A stretch of DNA of 64,000 nt from an uncultured Candidatus Saccharibacteria bacterium (GCA_964650475.1 CAZYRK010000001.1:8356-72355), one strand, 5' to 3'; positions 8,427-19,335 are shown, counted from the first letter of the stretch. The notes: generated from the letters alone by a model not told the origin. Numbers and translations are program-made.

Positions 8427-10147
8427 AGTGTGTGTACGGCAACTCCGCGATCAGGCGGTATGTTGTAATAATTTATAAGAAAATGAGTAAGATCCATAAA
8501 ACTCGATGTAAGCGTTTCCGCAGAATACATAACATTCTGGGGGTCATCCGTATACAGAAGAATAATAAACCTAGGAGCGTAACTTGGAAAGAACCCAACA
8601 AAAGAGTGAAAGAAACGGGCTTTATAATACCCTCCTGTAGGTTTCGTAAGCTGTGCTGTGCCGGTCTTAACGGCGACCGACATTGTAGGTATTTTTGCTC
8701 GTCCGTGACTAAGTTCGGTATCCATCAATGCGTCCATCATTGTCGTTGTCTCTTGAGAAGCTTTAGCGGAAAACACTCGTGTCTTGGTACTCCAGTCTGG
8801 ATACTGAAGTTTTCCAGACTGGAGTATTTTATCATGCATTAGGTGTGGATCTACCATTACGCCATTATTTGCCAAGGCACCTAGTGCGCGAATCATTTGC
8901 ATCGGAGTAACGGCAACACCTTGACCGAAAGCGGCTGTGTCATACTCGAGCTGTCGGGTACTCTTTAAATTTCCAATCATTGCTCCGGTTTCGTTTGGTA
9001 GATCAATTCCTGTCGTATGTCCGAAAAGCTTAGTGAAGTACGCGCGCTGTTTACTGTGCCCAAGCTGTGTTGCAACCCACGAAGCTCCGACATTAAGCGA
9101 CTGTACTATTATCTGCTCCATAGGAATAACTCCGCGAGCCTTATAATCCCAATTGCAAATACGGGCTCTGTTTACAACAATACAACCGGTATCGTCGTAG
9201 GTCGATGCGGGGGTTATCACTCCAGCGTCGAGTGCAGATGCCATTGTGAGCGGTTTGAATATGGAACCAAATTCATATATATGTTCAACAAGAGGATTCG
9301 CAAGTATTGAGAGTTTGGTAGAAGAAAAATTATTGGGATCAAACGTCGGCACACTGCCGAGGGCTACAATCTCTCCTGTTGAAGGAATCATTATAATACC
9401 TCCTGTCTCTTTACTGTGATATTTCTTTTGGACTCTCGTAATATCATCCATCAGTCTCTGCTCTACTTCCGGCTCGATTGTAGTTACAATATCGCCCTGT
9501 CTGGAAGCTCCCGCATTTACAAAAACATCACCCAGATTGGAAAACAGTTGTGCAAAAAAGTTTCGATACGTGGCACCGGTACGTTCTAGAGTACTTTCAT
9601 AATACCGTTCGAGACCATATCTTCCACGAAGAGTGGCATCATTGTCGTACGCAACAAAACCGACGGCATGCGCGGCAAGTGTCTTGCCTGGATACACTCT
9701 CCAACGATCTCTCACAACAGATACTCCTGTGATATCTTGCTCTGACAACGCTATTCCTGCTTTCTGTGAAATATGTCGCGCCACTTCTTCATGTGGGTCA
9801 TTCTTTTTTGCAACCAGAGCAAAAAATTTATCACGTTTAATCGGAGTAATTGCATTAATTGCGTTATACGCAACATTCGGTCTTTTTAAACGTTTTGGAT
9901 TAATCACTATAGTAAAACCTGTTTCCAAAGTTGCGGCAGCAATATGTGTTCCGTCTTTACGCGTAAAATAAATAGACCCCCTATCATATAGGGCGCCCAT
10001 ATTTGCGGTGTATTGTTTCTGTGCAATCTCACGATATTCATCACCTCTAATTATTTGTATAAAAAAGAGCTTTCCTACAAGCACTATCGCAACAAGCCCT
10101 AAAAAACCGAGCAGTATGCGGAGTCGAAATCGAAACGTGGCGCGCAT
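8423..10147 (-). CDS. ftsI: penicillin-binding protein / peptidoglycan D,D-transpeptidase (division-type)
   Basis: N-terminal TM segment. SxxK active site GSIFKP, and a KTGT motif as AVKTGTA. Sits in the dcw cluster position. Confidence 0.7.
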   Translation of the reverse strand: MRATFRFRLRILLGFLGLVAIVLVGKLFFIQIIRGDEYREIAQKQYTANMGALYDRGSIYFTRKDGTHIAAATLETGFTIVINPKRLKRPNVAYNAINAITPIKRDKFFALVAKKNDPHEEVARHISQKAGIALSEQDITGVSVVRDRWRVYPGKTLAAHAVGFVAYDNDATLRGRYGLERYYESTLERTGATYRNFFAQLFSNLGDVFVNAGASRQGDIVTTIEPEVEQRLMDDITRVQKKYHSKETGGIIMIPSTGEIVALGSVPTFDPNNFSSTKLSILANPLVEHIYEFGSIFKPLTMASALDAGVITPASTYDDTGCIVVNRARICNWDYKARGVIPMEQIIVQSLNVGASWVATQLGHSKQRAYFTKLFGHTTGIDLPNETGAMIGNLKSTRQLEYDTAAFGQGVAVTPMQMIRALGALANNGVMVDPHLMHDKILQSGKLQYPDWSTKTRVFSAKASQETTTMMDALMDTELSHGRAKIPTMSVAVKTGTAQLTKPTGGYYKARFFHSFVGFFPSYAPRFIILLYTDDPQNVMYSAETLTSSFMDLTHFLINYYNIPPDRGVAVHTL

Positions 10148-10162
10148 ATATATAAAATCAAA

Positions 10163-10477
10163 CTATCTGGTGCGCATTGAAACTGCTGTTTGTGTGTTTG
10201 TTATATAAGCAATACTTGAAGGCTTTTCGAATCCAAGCGATTCAGGTTTTATATCACTAAGCTTTGCAACGGTATCAAAATACTCCGCATCAAGAGTTGC
10301 AACATGTGCGCTTGTGTCTCGAACAGCTTCTGCAGACTGTATCTGTATTACACCGTAAGTCATTACGAAAGATAGGACTCCTATATAGACCACAAGCAAC
10401 ACGCCAACAAGTATTGAAAACGCTCGAACAAATTGAATGTCTGCGATTTTTGCGACTGGATTTGAAAAATTATACAT
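10163..10477 (-). CDS. small single-pass membrane protein, FtsL-like by position
   Basis: 104 aa with one TM helix, between rsmH and ftsI as ftsL is in dcw clusters. No motif-level proof. Confidence 0.4.
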   Translation of the reverse strand: MYNFSNPVAKIADIQFVRAFSILVGVLLVVYIGVLSFVMTYGVIQIQSAEAVRDTSAHVATLDAEYFDTVAKLSDIKPESLGFEKPSSIAYITNTQTAVSMRTR

Positions 10478-11420
10478 AAAGACTTTTAGCTAAATTATTA
10501 ACGGTTTTTTTATAATCTGTAGAGGTAATTCCACAAGCAAACACACGGAGTTTTGCACTTCTTGCACGGCGGTTCTCTTCGAGCTCTTTTGCAGAAGGAA
10601 CTATAGGCTTGCGTGTTACGATAGTTCCCTTGTCTTCATACGCGGCATCGCGAAAAAGATGCTTCACAATCCTGTCTTCTATGCTGTGAAATGTAATAAC
10701 TGCAATGCGTCCGCCGGGACGAGTGCGTTCAATCGCAGAAGTGAGTCCTTCTCGAATGGCGCCGAGCTCATCGTTAACCGCGATACGCAATGCCTGAAAT
10801 GTCCTTGTTGAAGGATGTACACGTCGGTGCTGATACCACGCCGGTGTTGCCATTTCTATTACACGTACTAAATCACCAGTGGTTATGATGTGTTTGTTTT
10901 TTCGTTCACGAACAATCGTGCGAGCTATCTGATACGCAAACCTTTCTTCGCCAAAGTTTCGCAATATATCTGAAAGTTCTTCTTCCGAAGAGCTGTTCAC
11001 AAGCTCAGCTGCAGAATTCGAAGCGTTCTTTCCATACGTCATAAGAAGTGGTTCGTCTTGCTGAAAAGAGAAACCACGCCCTGAAGCAAGCTGAAAACCG
11101 CTCCAACCTAAATCAAAAAGCGACTTATCTATTTTCGATATTTTTAAATCATCCAGTATGCTTGCAAGATTTCTAAAATTGTCTTCAACAAGTTTTATGT
11201 TTGGAGTGTTTCCCAACACGTGCTTTTGCGCGCGTTGTAGAGCGTCTGCATCTGCGTCAATTCCAACCAAAGTTCCGGCACTCCCAAGAAGTGCGAGAAT
11301 CCTTGCAAAATGCCCGGCTCCTCCAACAGTCGCGTCAACTACAGTGTCATCTGCGGAAATCTCAAGCGTTTCAATTGCTTCTTGTGGAAAAACTGTGTCG
11401 TGGCGAGGCTCCATAGGCAT
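10470..11420 (-). CDS. rsmH: 16S rRNA (cytosine1402-N4)-methyltransferase
   Basis: Typical MraW/RsmH N-terminus with a SAM-binding region, DATVGGAGH. Immediately downstream of mraZ. Confidence 0.8.
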   Translation of the reverse strand: MPMEPRHDTVFPQEAIETLEISADDTVVDATVGGAGHFARILALLGSAGTLVGIDADADALQRAQKHVLGNTPNIKLVEDNFRNLASILDDLKISKIDKSLFDLGWSGFQLASGRGFSFQQDEPLLMTYGKNASNSAAELVNSSSEEELSDILRNFGEERFAYQIARTIVRERKNKHIITTGDLVRVIEMATPAWYQHRRVHPSTRTFQALRIAVNDELGAIREGLTSAIERTRPGGRIAVITFHSIEDRIVKHLFRDAAYEDKGTIVTRKPIVPSAKELEENRRARSAKLRVFACGITSTDYKKTVNNLAKSLYV

Positions 11421-11854
11421 TAGGCTTTTTCTTGATTACCTATCTTTTCTGCAAAATTATCCGCATCACGTTCGATATCTTTCGTATATTTTTGCCACGC
11501 CTCTTCGTTCCAAAGCTCTACCCTGTCGTTCACACCTGCCACAACCACTTTTGTACCGAGAGATGCGAAAGCTCGTAAATAGTCCGGAACAAGAACGCGC
11601 CCTGCAGAATCCACACCTGTCTCCCCAGCGCCAGCAAGCATGAGGCGCGCAAGCCCACGACCAGCAGAACTACCCATAGAATGGCGCGCCACGTTTTCCG
11701 CCTGATTCTTCCACGCGGATTTCGGGTACACAAAAAGACAATGATCTAGACCACGCGTAACGATTACCGACCGACCAAGCTCCTTCCGAAACTTTGCCGG
11801 AAGGGATATGCGATTTTTTGCGTCTAGGGTGTGTCGGTATTCTCCAATAAACAT
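11420..11854 (-). CDS. mraZ: transcriptional regulator MraZ
   Basis: About 144 aa. N-terminus MFIGEYRHTLDAKNRISLPAKFR is the typical MraZ duplicated domain. First gene of the dcw cluster. Confidence 0.8.
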   Translation of the reverse strand: MFIGEYRHTLDAKNRISLPAKFRKELGRSVIVTRGLDHCLFVYPKSAWKNQAENVARHSMGSSAGRGLARLMLAGAGETGVDSAGRVLVPDYLRAFASLGTKVVVAGVNDRVELWNEEAWQKYTKDIERDADNFAEKIGNQEKA

Positions 11855-12008
11855 AATTTACATTGAGAATGATAGGAGCGCGCTATTTTCATGCTTTTTA
11901 CGCTTTCCCACTTCATCCCACTAGTATGTAATTATATGCCACTTTACCCCACTAGACCACACGTTATCCACATCAAATCGGCACGCGCCGTACGGCGCGT
12001 GCCGATTA

Positions 12009-12042
12009 AAAAAACCGCACCGCCTACGGCGGTGCGGTTTTT
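12009..12042. terminator. bidirectional rho-independent terminator after lysS, followed by a second GC-rich palindrome at 11977-12006
   Basis: aaaaaccgcaccgcc-tac-ggcggtgcggttttt has a 10-bp GC stem with A/T runs on both sides. The adjacent perfect palindrome is tcggcacgcgccgtacggcgcgtgccga. Confidence 0.6.
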
Positions 12043-12059
12043 AAACCAAAAACCCAAAA

Positions 12060-13523
12060 CTATTTCTGCGCAGGTCTAAGCAAAGGGAAAAGCTGTGCCT
12101 CTCGTGTTGAGATACCTTCCAAGAAACTAAAGAGTCTCTCCGATACACCGAAACCAAATGTCGGTGGCATTCCATATTCGAGAGCATCTACATAAGAAAC
12201 GTCATTCATCTGCGCTTCTTCATCACCGCCATCACGAAGCGATTGCTGGTGTGCAAAACGTTCAGCTTGATCTACAGGGTCATTTAATTCACTGAAACCC
12301 TTACCTACTTCCGATCCAGCAATAATCACCTGAAAACGTTCGACAACACGCGGGTCTTTTTCACTTCGCTTTGCAAGCGGTTCCATGTAAACTGGCACTC
12401 CTATCAAAAAACCCGGTCCTGACAAATCTTTTCGTATGTGTTTCCAAAGAGTGTCCACTCCGCGTTCAAGACTTAGCCCCTTCTTTTCAAACGGAATTTT
12501 ATTTTGCGTTAGTGCATTCTGTACTTCTTCAAGATTCGTTTCAAGCGGATCAATATCAAAAGACTCCTTAATAAGGGCGCAGAAATCGTACCTTTGCCAC
12601 TCCGAACCAAAATCAACCTCATGCTCACGTATTGTAAACTTGCGAGTACCATACACTTCATCAGCAATTTTTTTATAAAGTTCGGTAATCATATTCATAC
12701 CCTCTTCATAATCCTTAAACGCCTCGTAAAATTCCACCTGAGTATAGTCTTGCGCATGTTCAAATGACATTCCTTCATTCCTAAAGATACGACCTATCTC
12801 AAACACTTTCGGTAGCCCTGCAATCATAAGGCGTTTTTGCCACAGCTCCCCTGCGCTTATACGCAGATAAACGTCAATATTTAACGCGTTGTGATGAGTA
12901 GCAAAAGGTTTTGCGTCTGCACCGCCAGTAGTACTCTCAAGCACAGGTGTCTCAACTTCTGTATATTCTCTATCAAGTAAAAATGTACGGATAGTGTTCC
13001 AAAAAGCCGAACGCCTGCGAAAACGATCTGCCAGCTCCCTTGAAAGCAAAATATCTAGATATCGTTTTCGATACCTTTCTTCTTCATCCTTAATACCAAA
13101 CCACTCGTCCGGTATCGGACGTATGGATTTTGCTAGCATTCTCCATGAAGAAACCAAAAGAGACGGCATCCCGCGTTTGGTTGTAAACGCCATTCCCGTA
13201 CACTCGATAAAATCTCCTATATCTACAGCGCTCGCAAAGAGAGCAAAAGCGTCTTCACTAAGATTGTCTTTTTTCAAATACCCCTGTACACGATCTGTTC
13301 CGTCAAAAATATCCAGAAACACAGAGCCTCCGTGTTCGCGTATAGACATGACGCGCCCTGCAAGCGTAACTGTTTCGTTATTCGTTTCAAGTACAGAATG
13401 ATTTTCAAGGAAAAGCGCTCCCGTATGTGTACGATTTGTGTGTGCCGGAAAAGGGTTTACGCCACTGTCTCGCAAACGTGCGATTTTTTCAAGACGATTG
13501 TCGCGTATCTCATCTAATGCCAT
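12060..13523 (-). CDS. lysS: lysyl-tRNA synthetase, class II
   Basis: 487 aa. N-terminal anticodon-binding OB domain, class II motifs, and a GLPPTGG-like region, MPPTFGFGVSERL. Confidence 0.8.
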   Translation of the reverse strand: MALDEIRDNRLEKIARLRDSGVNPFPAHTNRTHTGALFLENHSVLETNNETVTLAGRVMSIREHGGSVFLDIFDGTDRVQGYLKKDNLSEDAFALFASAVDIGDFIECTGMAFTTKRGMPSLLVSSWRMLAKSIRPIPDEWFGIKDEEERYRKRYLDILLSRELADRFRRRSAFWNTIRTFLLDREYTEVETPVLESTTGGADAKPFATHHNALNIDVYLRISAGELWQKRLMIAGLPKVFEIGRIFRNEGMSFEHAQDYTQVEFYEAFKDYEEGMNMITELYKKIADEVYGTRKFTIREHEVDFGSEWQRYDFCALIKESFDIDPLETNLEEVQNALTQNKIPFEKKGLSLERGVDTLWKHIRKDLSGPGFLIGVPVYMEPLAKRSEKDPRVVERFQVIIAGSEVGKGFSELNDPVDQAERFAHQQSLRDGGDEEAQMNDVSYVDALEYGMPPTFGFGVSERLFSFLEGISTREAQLFPLLRPAQK

Positions 13524-13589
13524 TACGCGATACTATAGCAGAAAAAAATTAAGCGTGCGTTAAAAACCAGACAATTTTACTAAAATAAA

Positions 13590-14063
13590 TTACCCGACTT
13601 TCTCTATTGTGTATGTTTGCTTTCCGTTTGGTGTTTCAAAAGTAAACGAATCACCTTTTTTCTTTCCTATAAGCGCGGCGCCTAGTGGCGAAACATGCGA
13701 GAGCTTGTGTGCGCGCATGTCAGCTTCTTCACTCCCAACTATTGTGTACTCGTATGAAGCGTCACCGTCTTTCCTTCGAATTGTTACTACGGAACCGAAA
13801 CCAACTTCATTTTTCTTTTTTCCGTTTGTGATAATCTTTGCGTTTTTTACCAAATCCTCAAGACGACGAATCCTCTCTTCTGTTGCGGCTTGTAGTTCTC
13901 GCGCTTCTTGATACTCTGCATTTTCAGAAAGATCGCCGAGCGAACGTGTGTACTCGAGATTCTTTGCAATCTCTGTTCGTCGCTCTGTCTTTAAATACTC
14001 AAGCTCTCGCACCATGTCATCAAATTTTTCTTGCGAAACGATTGTGTCTTGTGTCTCTTCCAT
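13590..14063 (-). CDS. greA: transcription elongation factor GreA
   Basis: 157 aa. Coiled-coil N-terminus with LGDLSENAEYQEARE and a C-terminal FKBP-like domain. Confidence 0.8.
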   Translation of the reverse strand: MEETQDTIVSQEKFDDMVRELEYLKTERRTEIAKNLEYTRSLGDLSENAEYQEARELQAATEERIRRLEDLVKNAKIITNGKKKNEVGFGSVVTIRRKDGDASYEYTIVGSEEADMRAHKLSHVSPLGAALIGKKKGDSFTFETPNGKQTYTIEKVG

Positions 14064-14191
14064 AGTTTGAAATATTTAAATTTAATGTATGTTTTTACTT
14101 TCTTTAATGTACGTATTGTACTCAAGCAATACTATAGTGCAAGATACCCCGATACTGTTAATTGCACAAACAAGTGCGTTCCGATAAAGCA

Positions 14192-15937
14192 TTACAATAC
14201 CCCCACTTGTTTTGAGGAAGTAGCTACAGAAGAGCTTGTCTTGCTTGTTGATGATGCAAATATGTTTGTTCCGCCAACATACTGAGAATTTATCTTATGC
14301 AATGAAACAAAAAGCTCACGCATGACATTTACAGCCTGCTCGCCCGCACCCGAGGGACCTCGCTCAAGCACAACAGCAAAAGCATACTCCGGTTTTTCAT
14401 ATGGGAAAAAACCTTCCACCCACGCATTGTCGTATTGATTGTTCAAACCAACTTGCGCTGTACCGGTTTTTGCTGCGACAGCTACGTACGGAAGGTTTAT
14501 CGCTCCAGCAAGAGCTTCTGTTACACCCTGCCTCATTCCGGCACGCACTGTTGCGAGATTTTTCTTCGATACCGGAATTTTCTTCGAGACGTATGTTTTG
14601 TCTTCTACCAACATCGGCGTAAGAAGCGTTCCGCCATTTGCTACAGAAGCCGTGGCGCGCACCATCTGTATCGGGGTGACCTGCATACCGTACTGTCCTA
14701 TAGATGTAAAATAAGTATCACCGAGATACCATGGTTGCTTGAATACAGACTCTTTCCATTTTGGGCTCGGAATTATTCCTACAGCTTCTCCCGGCAAATC
14801 AATTCCTGTTCGTTTACCGAGACCAAACTGTTCATACCAATAATCAAGCCTGTCAATCCCCAAACCTTTCATATCTTTAAAACCACCACCTACAGTATAA
14901 AAGAAAATGTCGGAAGACCATGCAATCGCTTTTTCAACGTTTACTGGACCGAGCGCCTTCCATCCGATATAAACAAAATTGTGCCCAGGACGATACGGGT
15001 TTGGTATAAGTATTTTACCCTTATCGTCAATCACAGTATCCTTTGTAATGATTCCATCGGTGAGTGCACCGGATGCAACAAACGGTTTTACAATCGAGCC
15101 CGGAGTGTAAATACCCTGAACAGCATGATCAAGGAAAGGATGTCCTGCATCGGTGTTATATTTTGCAATTACGCTTGACGGTCCACCATTGACCATTATA
15201 TTCGGGTCGTAACTCGGATAAGAAACAATGGCGCGAACAGCTCCGGTGTGAACGTCCATAATCACACCCGCTCCGGCAACAAAATGTTTGGCTTTCACAA
15301 TATCTGAAAGGGCTTTTGCAAACTTCTTTTCCAGTGTCGCGTCGATTGTCAGAGCGAGTTTGTTCCCTTCTACTGCAGAAACTACCGTGCCTTGCGAACG
15401 CACATTACCAAGAGCATCACGCTCCGTAAGAATCTTTCCATTTTTACCAGTAAGACGCGTATTATATACCGCTTCAAGACCGGCTAACCCAACTTCAGCT
15501 GTACTGTAATAATTTCCGCTCGAATCTTTCTTTAATGACGACACGTAACCAATAATTTGACCCATCTCCGGCAATGTGTAGTGCCTGCGTATACTGCCAT
15601 CTGAGTTCTTAATATTCTCAGCAAGAACCGTTCCGTACACATCCGTAATAACTCCGCGAGGTGCAAAAATCGTTGTAGCTTCCAAGCTGTTGTGCGCGCT
15701 TTCAGTAGCAAACTTACTTCCTTTCCAAATCTGTAAATAACCTGTACGCAATAATAAAACTGCAAAAATAATTCCGACAGAAACAAAAACCCAAAAGAAA
15801 GTACGTTGTGATATCGGTTTTTCAAAACGTCCTTCAAACTGTTCTCTGTTAAATTTTTGAAGATTACTTGCGTCGAGAAATATCTCGTCCGGAGCGATTT
15901 CATGAACAATAATACGTTTTTTACGAAAAAATCTCAT
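14192..15937 (-). CDS. mrdA: penicillin-binding protein 2 (elongation-type transpeptidase)
   Basis: SxxK motif GSIVKP and KTGT as AKTGTAQ. Immediately downstream of mreBCD. Confidence 0.7.
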   Translation of the reverse strand: MRFFRKKRIIVHEIAPDEIFLDASNLQKFNREQFEGRFEKPISQRTFFWVFVSVGIIFAVLLLRTGYLQIWKGSKFATESAHNSLEATTIFAPRGVITDVYGTVLAENIKNSDGSIRRHYTLPEMGQIIGYVSSLKKDSSGNYYSTAEVGLAGLEAVYNTRLTGKNGKILTERDALGNVRSQGTVVSAVEGNKLALTIDATLEKKFAKALSDIVKAKHFVAGAGVIMDVHTGAVRAIVSYPSYDPNIMVNGGPSSVIAKYNTDAGHPFLDHAVQGIYTPGSIVKPFVASGALTDGIITKDTVIDDKGKILIPNPYRPGHNFVYIGWKALGPVNVEKAIAWSSDIFFYTVGGGFKDMKGLGIDRLDYWYEQFGLGKRTGIDLPGEAVGIIPSPKWKESVFKQPWYLGDTYFTSIGQYGMQVTPIQMVRATASVANGGTLLTPMLVEDKTYVSKKIPVSKKNLATVRAGMRQGVTEALAGAINLPYVAVAAKTGTAQVGLNNQYDNAWVEGFFPYEKPEYAFAVVLERGPSGAGEQAVNVMRELFVSLHKINSQYVGGTNIFASSTSKTSSSVATSSKQVGVL

Positions 15938-15946
15938 GTTATTAAC

Positions 15947-16222
15947 TCATGTCATTAATATATGCGTATGTACAAAACGACGCATTGCAAAAAATAAAAG
16001 CATCACGACAAAGCCCCACATACTTGCATGAGGTATGCTAGCTAAACCATGCGCAAAATACAGCGAGTCTATTTCAATACCAACAACAAGAGCAACCGGA
16101 GGGTACCAAAATGAAGCAATAACAGCTACTGACACCACGTATTGCCACGGGAAAAATAAAGGGGCTATCAATGCAAATATACTTATGGAGCGTCCAAACA
16201 TATTTTTACTAACGAGCAACAT
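15947..16222 (-). CDS. small polytopic membrane protein, MreD-like by position
   Basis: 91 aa, hydrophobic, overlapping the mreC stop. Shorter than a typical MreD. Confidence 0.35.
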   Translation of the reverse strand: MLLVSKNMFGRSISIFALIAPLFFPWQYVVSVAVIASFWYPPVALVVGIEIDSLYFAHGLASIPHASMWGFVVMLLFFAMRRFVHTHILMT

Positions 16223-16991
16223 TAACCATCATAATGGAGAACGGATTTACAAAAGGACGTATATGCAGAACCACAGTAACCGCTGCCGGGTCATTATCTA
16301 TCTTAGCGACTACACCTATCGGCGCAGAACCATTTCCAGACACATAAACAAGCTCTCCAACAGTCGCGCTAATCTGGCGAGAGACTTCAGAACTAAAAGC
16401 TCCCGCACCGTCACCGCTCAATATTATAGGTGTTCGAGAAGTCCCTATCCAAGCGTTTGTTTTTTTAGCTGGAGATGAAAAAAGAACAACATGCGCTGTG
16501 TGAGATGTGATATCTGATATTTTTCCAACAGGAACACCTCCTTGCGCAGAAACACTGTCTCCTACGGCAATAGCGTCCGCGCTTCCTGCATCGATAAGCA
16601 AAGTGTCGTAAGGAGACTCTGGTGGTCGCGAAAGAACATTTGCAACCACTCCATAAGTGTTTTTTGTTGACGTACCTACAAGAGTTGTTAAATCTTGTAC
16701 CTGCGCTGTAAGTGCCCTGTTCTCATTTTCAAGTATTGTATTTTTTAACACGAGAGAATCTCTTTTATGAACGAGTGCTTGTTTATCTGCAAAAATATTC
16801 ATTACCGTGGCCACGCTGGCGCTAAGAGAGGTGCCGGCGCGTAGCGCCGGCACCTCTGCAAAAGAAAAGATACCTGGCGTAACAATACGTACAAAAAGTA
16901 CAAAAAAACCAAATGCTAGTACAGCAGTGCCGAACGAAAACATACGCACACTAAAAAGTGCTTTATTTCTGCGATAAAATTGCTTCTTCAT
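16209..16991 (-). CDS. mreC: rod shape-determining protein MreC
   Basis: N-terminal TM plus coiled coil, LKNTILENENRALTAQVQDL, then a beta-rich C-terminal domain. Located between mreB and mreD/mrdA. Confidence 0.7.
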   Translation of the reverse strand: MKKQFYRRNKALFSVRMFSFGTAVLAFGFFVLFVRIVTPGIFSFAEVPALRAGTSLSASVATVMNIFADKQALVHKRDSLVLKNTILENENRALTAQVQDLTTLVGTSTKNTYGVVANVLSRPPESPYDTLLIDAGSADAIAVGDSVSAQGGVPVGKISDITSHTAHVVLFSSPAKKTNAWIGTSRTPIILSGDGAGAFSSEVSRQISATVGELVYVSGNGSAPIGVVAKIDNDPAAVTVVLHIRPFVNPFSIMMVNVAR

Positions 16992-18024
16992 GTAAGAAAA
17001 TATCTACAAACGGTCTCGGGTCCTCGGTAATAATCCCCGTACCGCGAACAACCGCCGTTAAAGGATCGGACGCTATGCGTACCGGAACACCGAGCATCTG
17101 CGAAAGCAAATCTGGTAGCCCGCGAAGCAACGCTCCGCCACCAAACACGACAACGCCTCTCTCAAGTACGTCTGAAAGAAGTTCGGGAGGAGTTTGTTCT
17201 ATCACATCTTTTAGTGCGTCTAGCAGACCGTCAAGAGAAGGTGTAATAGCCTCTCGAACGTGATCGTTCGACAAAATAACTTCGCGAGGAAGCCCTGTGG
17301 CAAGGTCTCTTCCACGAACACTGCGTGAGATTTTTTCTGGCTGAGGCAAAACAGCTCCTATTGAAATTTTTACATCTTCTGCTGTCCTCTCGCCTATGGA
17401 AAGCCTAAATTCATTACGCACATAATCGGTAATCATATCGTTAAAGTGGTCCCCTGCAATATACGAGCTTTTCGATGCGACCGTTCCGCCGAGAGAAAGC
17501 ATCGCTATATCACACGTGCCCCCGCCGATATCAAGAACCATTGTTCCGACCGCTTCATGTATAGGTAGCTTTGCACCAACAGCTCCTGCAACCGGCTCTT
17601 CAATAATATAAACTTCCCGCGCGCCGGCTGTAAAAGCAGCGTCACGCACCGCACGACTTTCAACATTTGTAACCCCTGTTGGAACACCCACAACAACGCG
17701 CGGTCCAAAAAAACGCGCCCTACCACCCTGCGCCTTATTTATAAGATATGCCAAAAGCTCTTCAGTGGCTTCAAAGTCTGAAATAACCCCGTGCGACAAA
17801 GGTCGCACGGCGCGAATGTGAGGAGGTGTTTTTCCAAGCATAACCTTCGCTTCCCCGCCAACAGCGACCATCTGACCTGTTTTGTCATTTATAGCGATTA
17901 CAGAAGGTTCGTTTATCACGATACCGCGACCGCGCACATAGACCAGTGTGTTTGCAGTTCCTAGATCGATACCTATATCGCTGGAAAAAAATGAGCTCTT
18001 TGAAATTTTCGGAACTTTTGCCAT
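16963..18024 (-). CDS. mreB: rod shape-determining protein MreB (actin homolog)
   Basis: Classic N-terminus DIGIDLGTANTLVYV and actin-fold phosphate loops, VLDIGGGTCDIAML. Confidence 0.9.
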   Translation of the reverse strand: MAKVPKISKSSFFSSDIGIDLGTANTLVYVRGRGIVINEPSVIAINDKTGQMVAVGGEAKVMLGKTPPHIRAVRPLSHGVISDFEATEELLAYLINKAQGGRARFFGPRVVVGVPTGVTNVESRAVRDAAFTAGAREVYIIEEPVAGAVGAKLPIHEAVGTMVLDIGGGTCDIAMLSLGGTVASKSSYIAGDHFNDMITDYVRNEFRLSIGERTAEDVKISIGAVLPQPEKISRSVRGRDLATGLPREVILSNDHVREAITPSLDGLLDALKDVIEQTPPELLSDVLERGVVVFGGGALLRGLPDLLSQMLGVPVRIASDPLTAVVRGTGIITEDPRPFVDIFLHEEAILSQK

Positions 18025-18027
18025 ACG

Positions 18028-19335
18028 CTACATTTTAAGTATCTCTTCACGAGTTTTCTTTTCTAGCGAGCCGTCTGCTCTACGCACAACTTCTATAGAA
18101 TTTTCCGCAACGGCGTTTTTGCCGATTATAATCCGATACGGAATACCGAGAAGGTCGCTGTCCGTAAACTTTTCTCCGGCGCGCGCATCGCGATCGTCAT
18201 AAAGAACCTCAATTCCATTTTTCTGCATATCTGCATACAGCTTATCTGCGTATTCATGTACAGAAGCATCCGTACCTGCGAGTGAAATTAAATGAACCTT
18301 AAACGGAGCGATAGACTCCGGCCAAACAATACCTTTTTCATCCGACAAAACTTCAACAACGGTACCAATAAGACGTGTTGGTCCTATTCCATAACAACCC
18401 ATTACAACCGGAACGTCTTTACCTTCTTCGTCTTTAAATGAGAGACCGAGTGGCTCAGAAAAACGAGTTCCGAGTTTGAAAATATTCCCGACTTCAATCG
18501 CTGTGTGCTTTTCAAGACCTTCGCTAGAAAGCCCTATGTCACTAAGCACTTCATCTTTCATAACCTCACTGTTTACAGCGATATTTTTTTCTCGAGAAAG
18601 ATATACTGTGTCTTCTCCGGCATCAGAGAGAGTTTGAAATTCATGGCTGTATTTTGAAAACGCTCCACCTGAAGCAAACGTAAGAAAAGTATATTCACCA
18701 ATACCTACCTGCTCAAACACGCGAACATAAGCGCCTTTAGCTTTCTCATAAAATGCATCTAAATCTTCTTGGTTTCTATGAAAAGAATAAAGATCTTTCA
18801 TTAAAAATTCGCGCCCGCGCATAACTCCAGATTTTGCGCGCTCTTCATTGCGAAACTTTGTTTGAATCTGATATACAGAAAAAGGAAGATCTCTGTACGA
18901 GTTTATGTATTGCGACGCGATACGAGTGACGGTCTCTTCTTGTGTCCAACCAAAACCGATTTCGCCACCAGCCTTGAGAGAGGTCTTAAACCATATATCT
19001 TGTTCCCATCTGTCTGTCTTTTTCCAAATCTCCGGATTTTGAAGCTCGGACATCACAAGCTCCTGCCCGCCTATCGCGTTCATCTCTTTTCTGATAATTT
19101 CTACGATTTTATTTAAGACTCGCAGACCAAGCGGGAGATAAGAATAAACTCCCGCCATTTCTTTATGCACATAACCGGCACGAATAAGAAGCTGGGCATT
19201 CTTAGAGAGCTCGTCACGTGGCGCAGAGCGTCGGGTTTTTGTAAAAAGAAGTGATTGGCGCATATACATACAGTATACGTGCCTAAGGCGTAGTGTGCAA
19301 AAAACCGATTTCGCGGTTTTTTTGCCTACAAACAA
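18028..19335 (-). CDS. proS: prolyl-tRNA synthetase, bacterial type without the INS editing domain
   Basis: Aligns by eye to E. coli ProRS: GVYSYLPLGLRVLNKI, RWEQ, YQIQTKFRNEER...GVMRGREFLMKDLYSFH, SHEFQ, GCYGIGPTR. It is 435 aa, so the insertion domain is absent. Confidence 0.8.
   Translation of the reverse strand: MFVGKKTAKSVFCTLRLRHVYCMYMRQSLLFTKTRRSAPRDELSKNAQLLIRAGYVHKEMAGVYSYLPLGLRVLNKIVEIIRKEMNAIGGQELVMSELQNPEIWKKTDRWEQDIWFKTSLKAGGEIGFGWTQEETVTRIASQYINSYRDLPFSVYQIQTKFRNEERAKSGVMRGREFLMKDLYSFHRNQEDLDAFYEKAKGAYVRVFEQVGIGEYTFLTFASGGAFSKYSHEFQTLSDAGEDTVYLSREKNIAVNSEVMKDEVLSDIGLSSEGLEKHTAIEVGNIFKLGTRFSEPLGLSFKDEEGKDVPVVMGCYGIGPTRLIGTVVEVLSDEKGIVWPESIAPFKVHLISLAGTDASVHEYADKLYADMQKNGIEVLYDDRDARAGEKFTDSDLLGIPYRIIIGKNAVAENSIEVVRRADGSLEKKTREEILKM

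Noticed and set aside
14435-15178. 247-aa plus-strand ORF
   Set aside because: It is antisense within mrdA.
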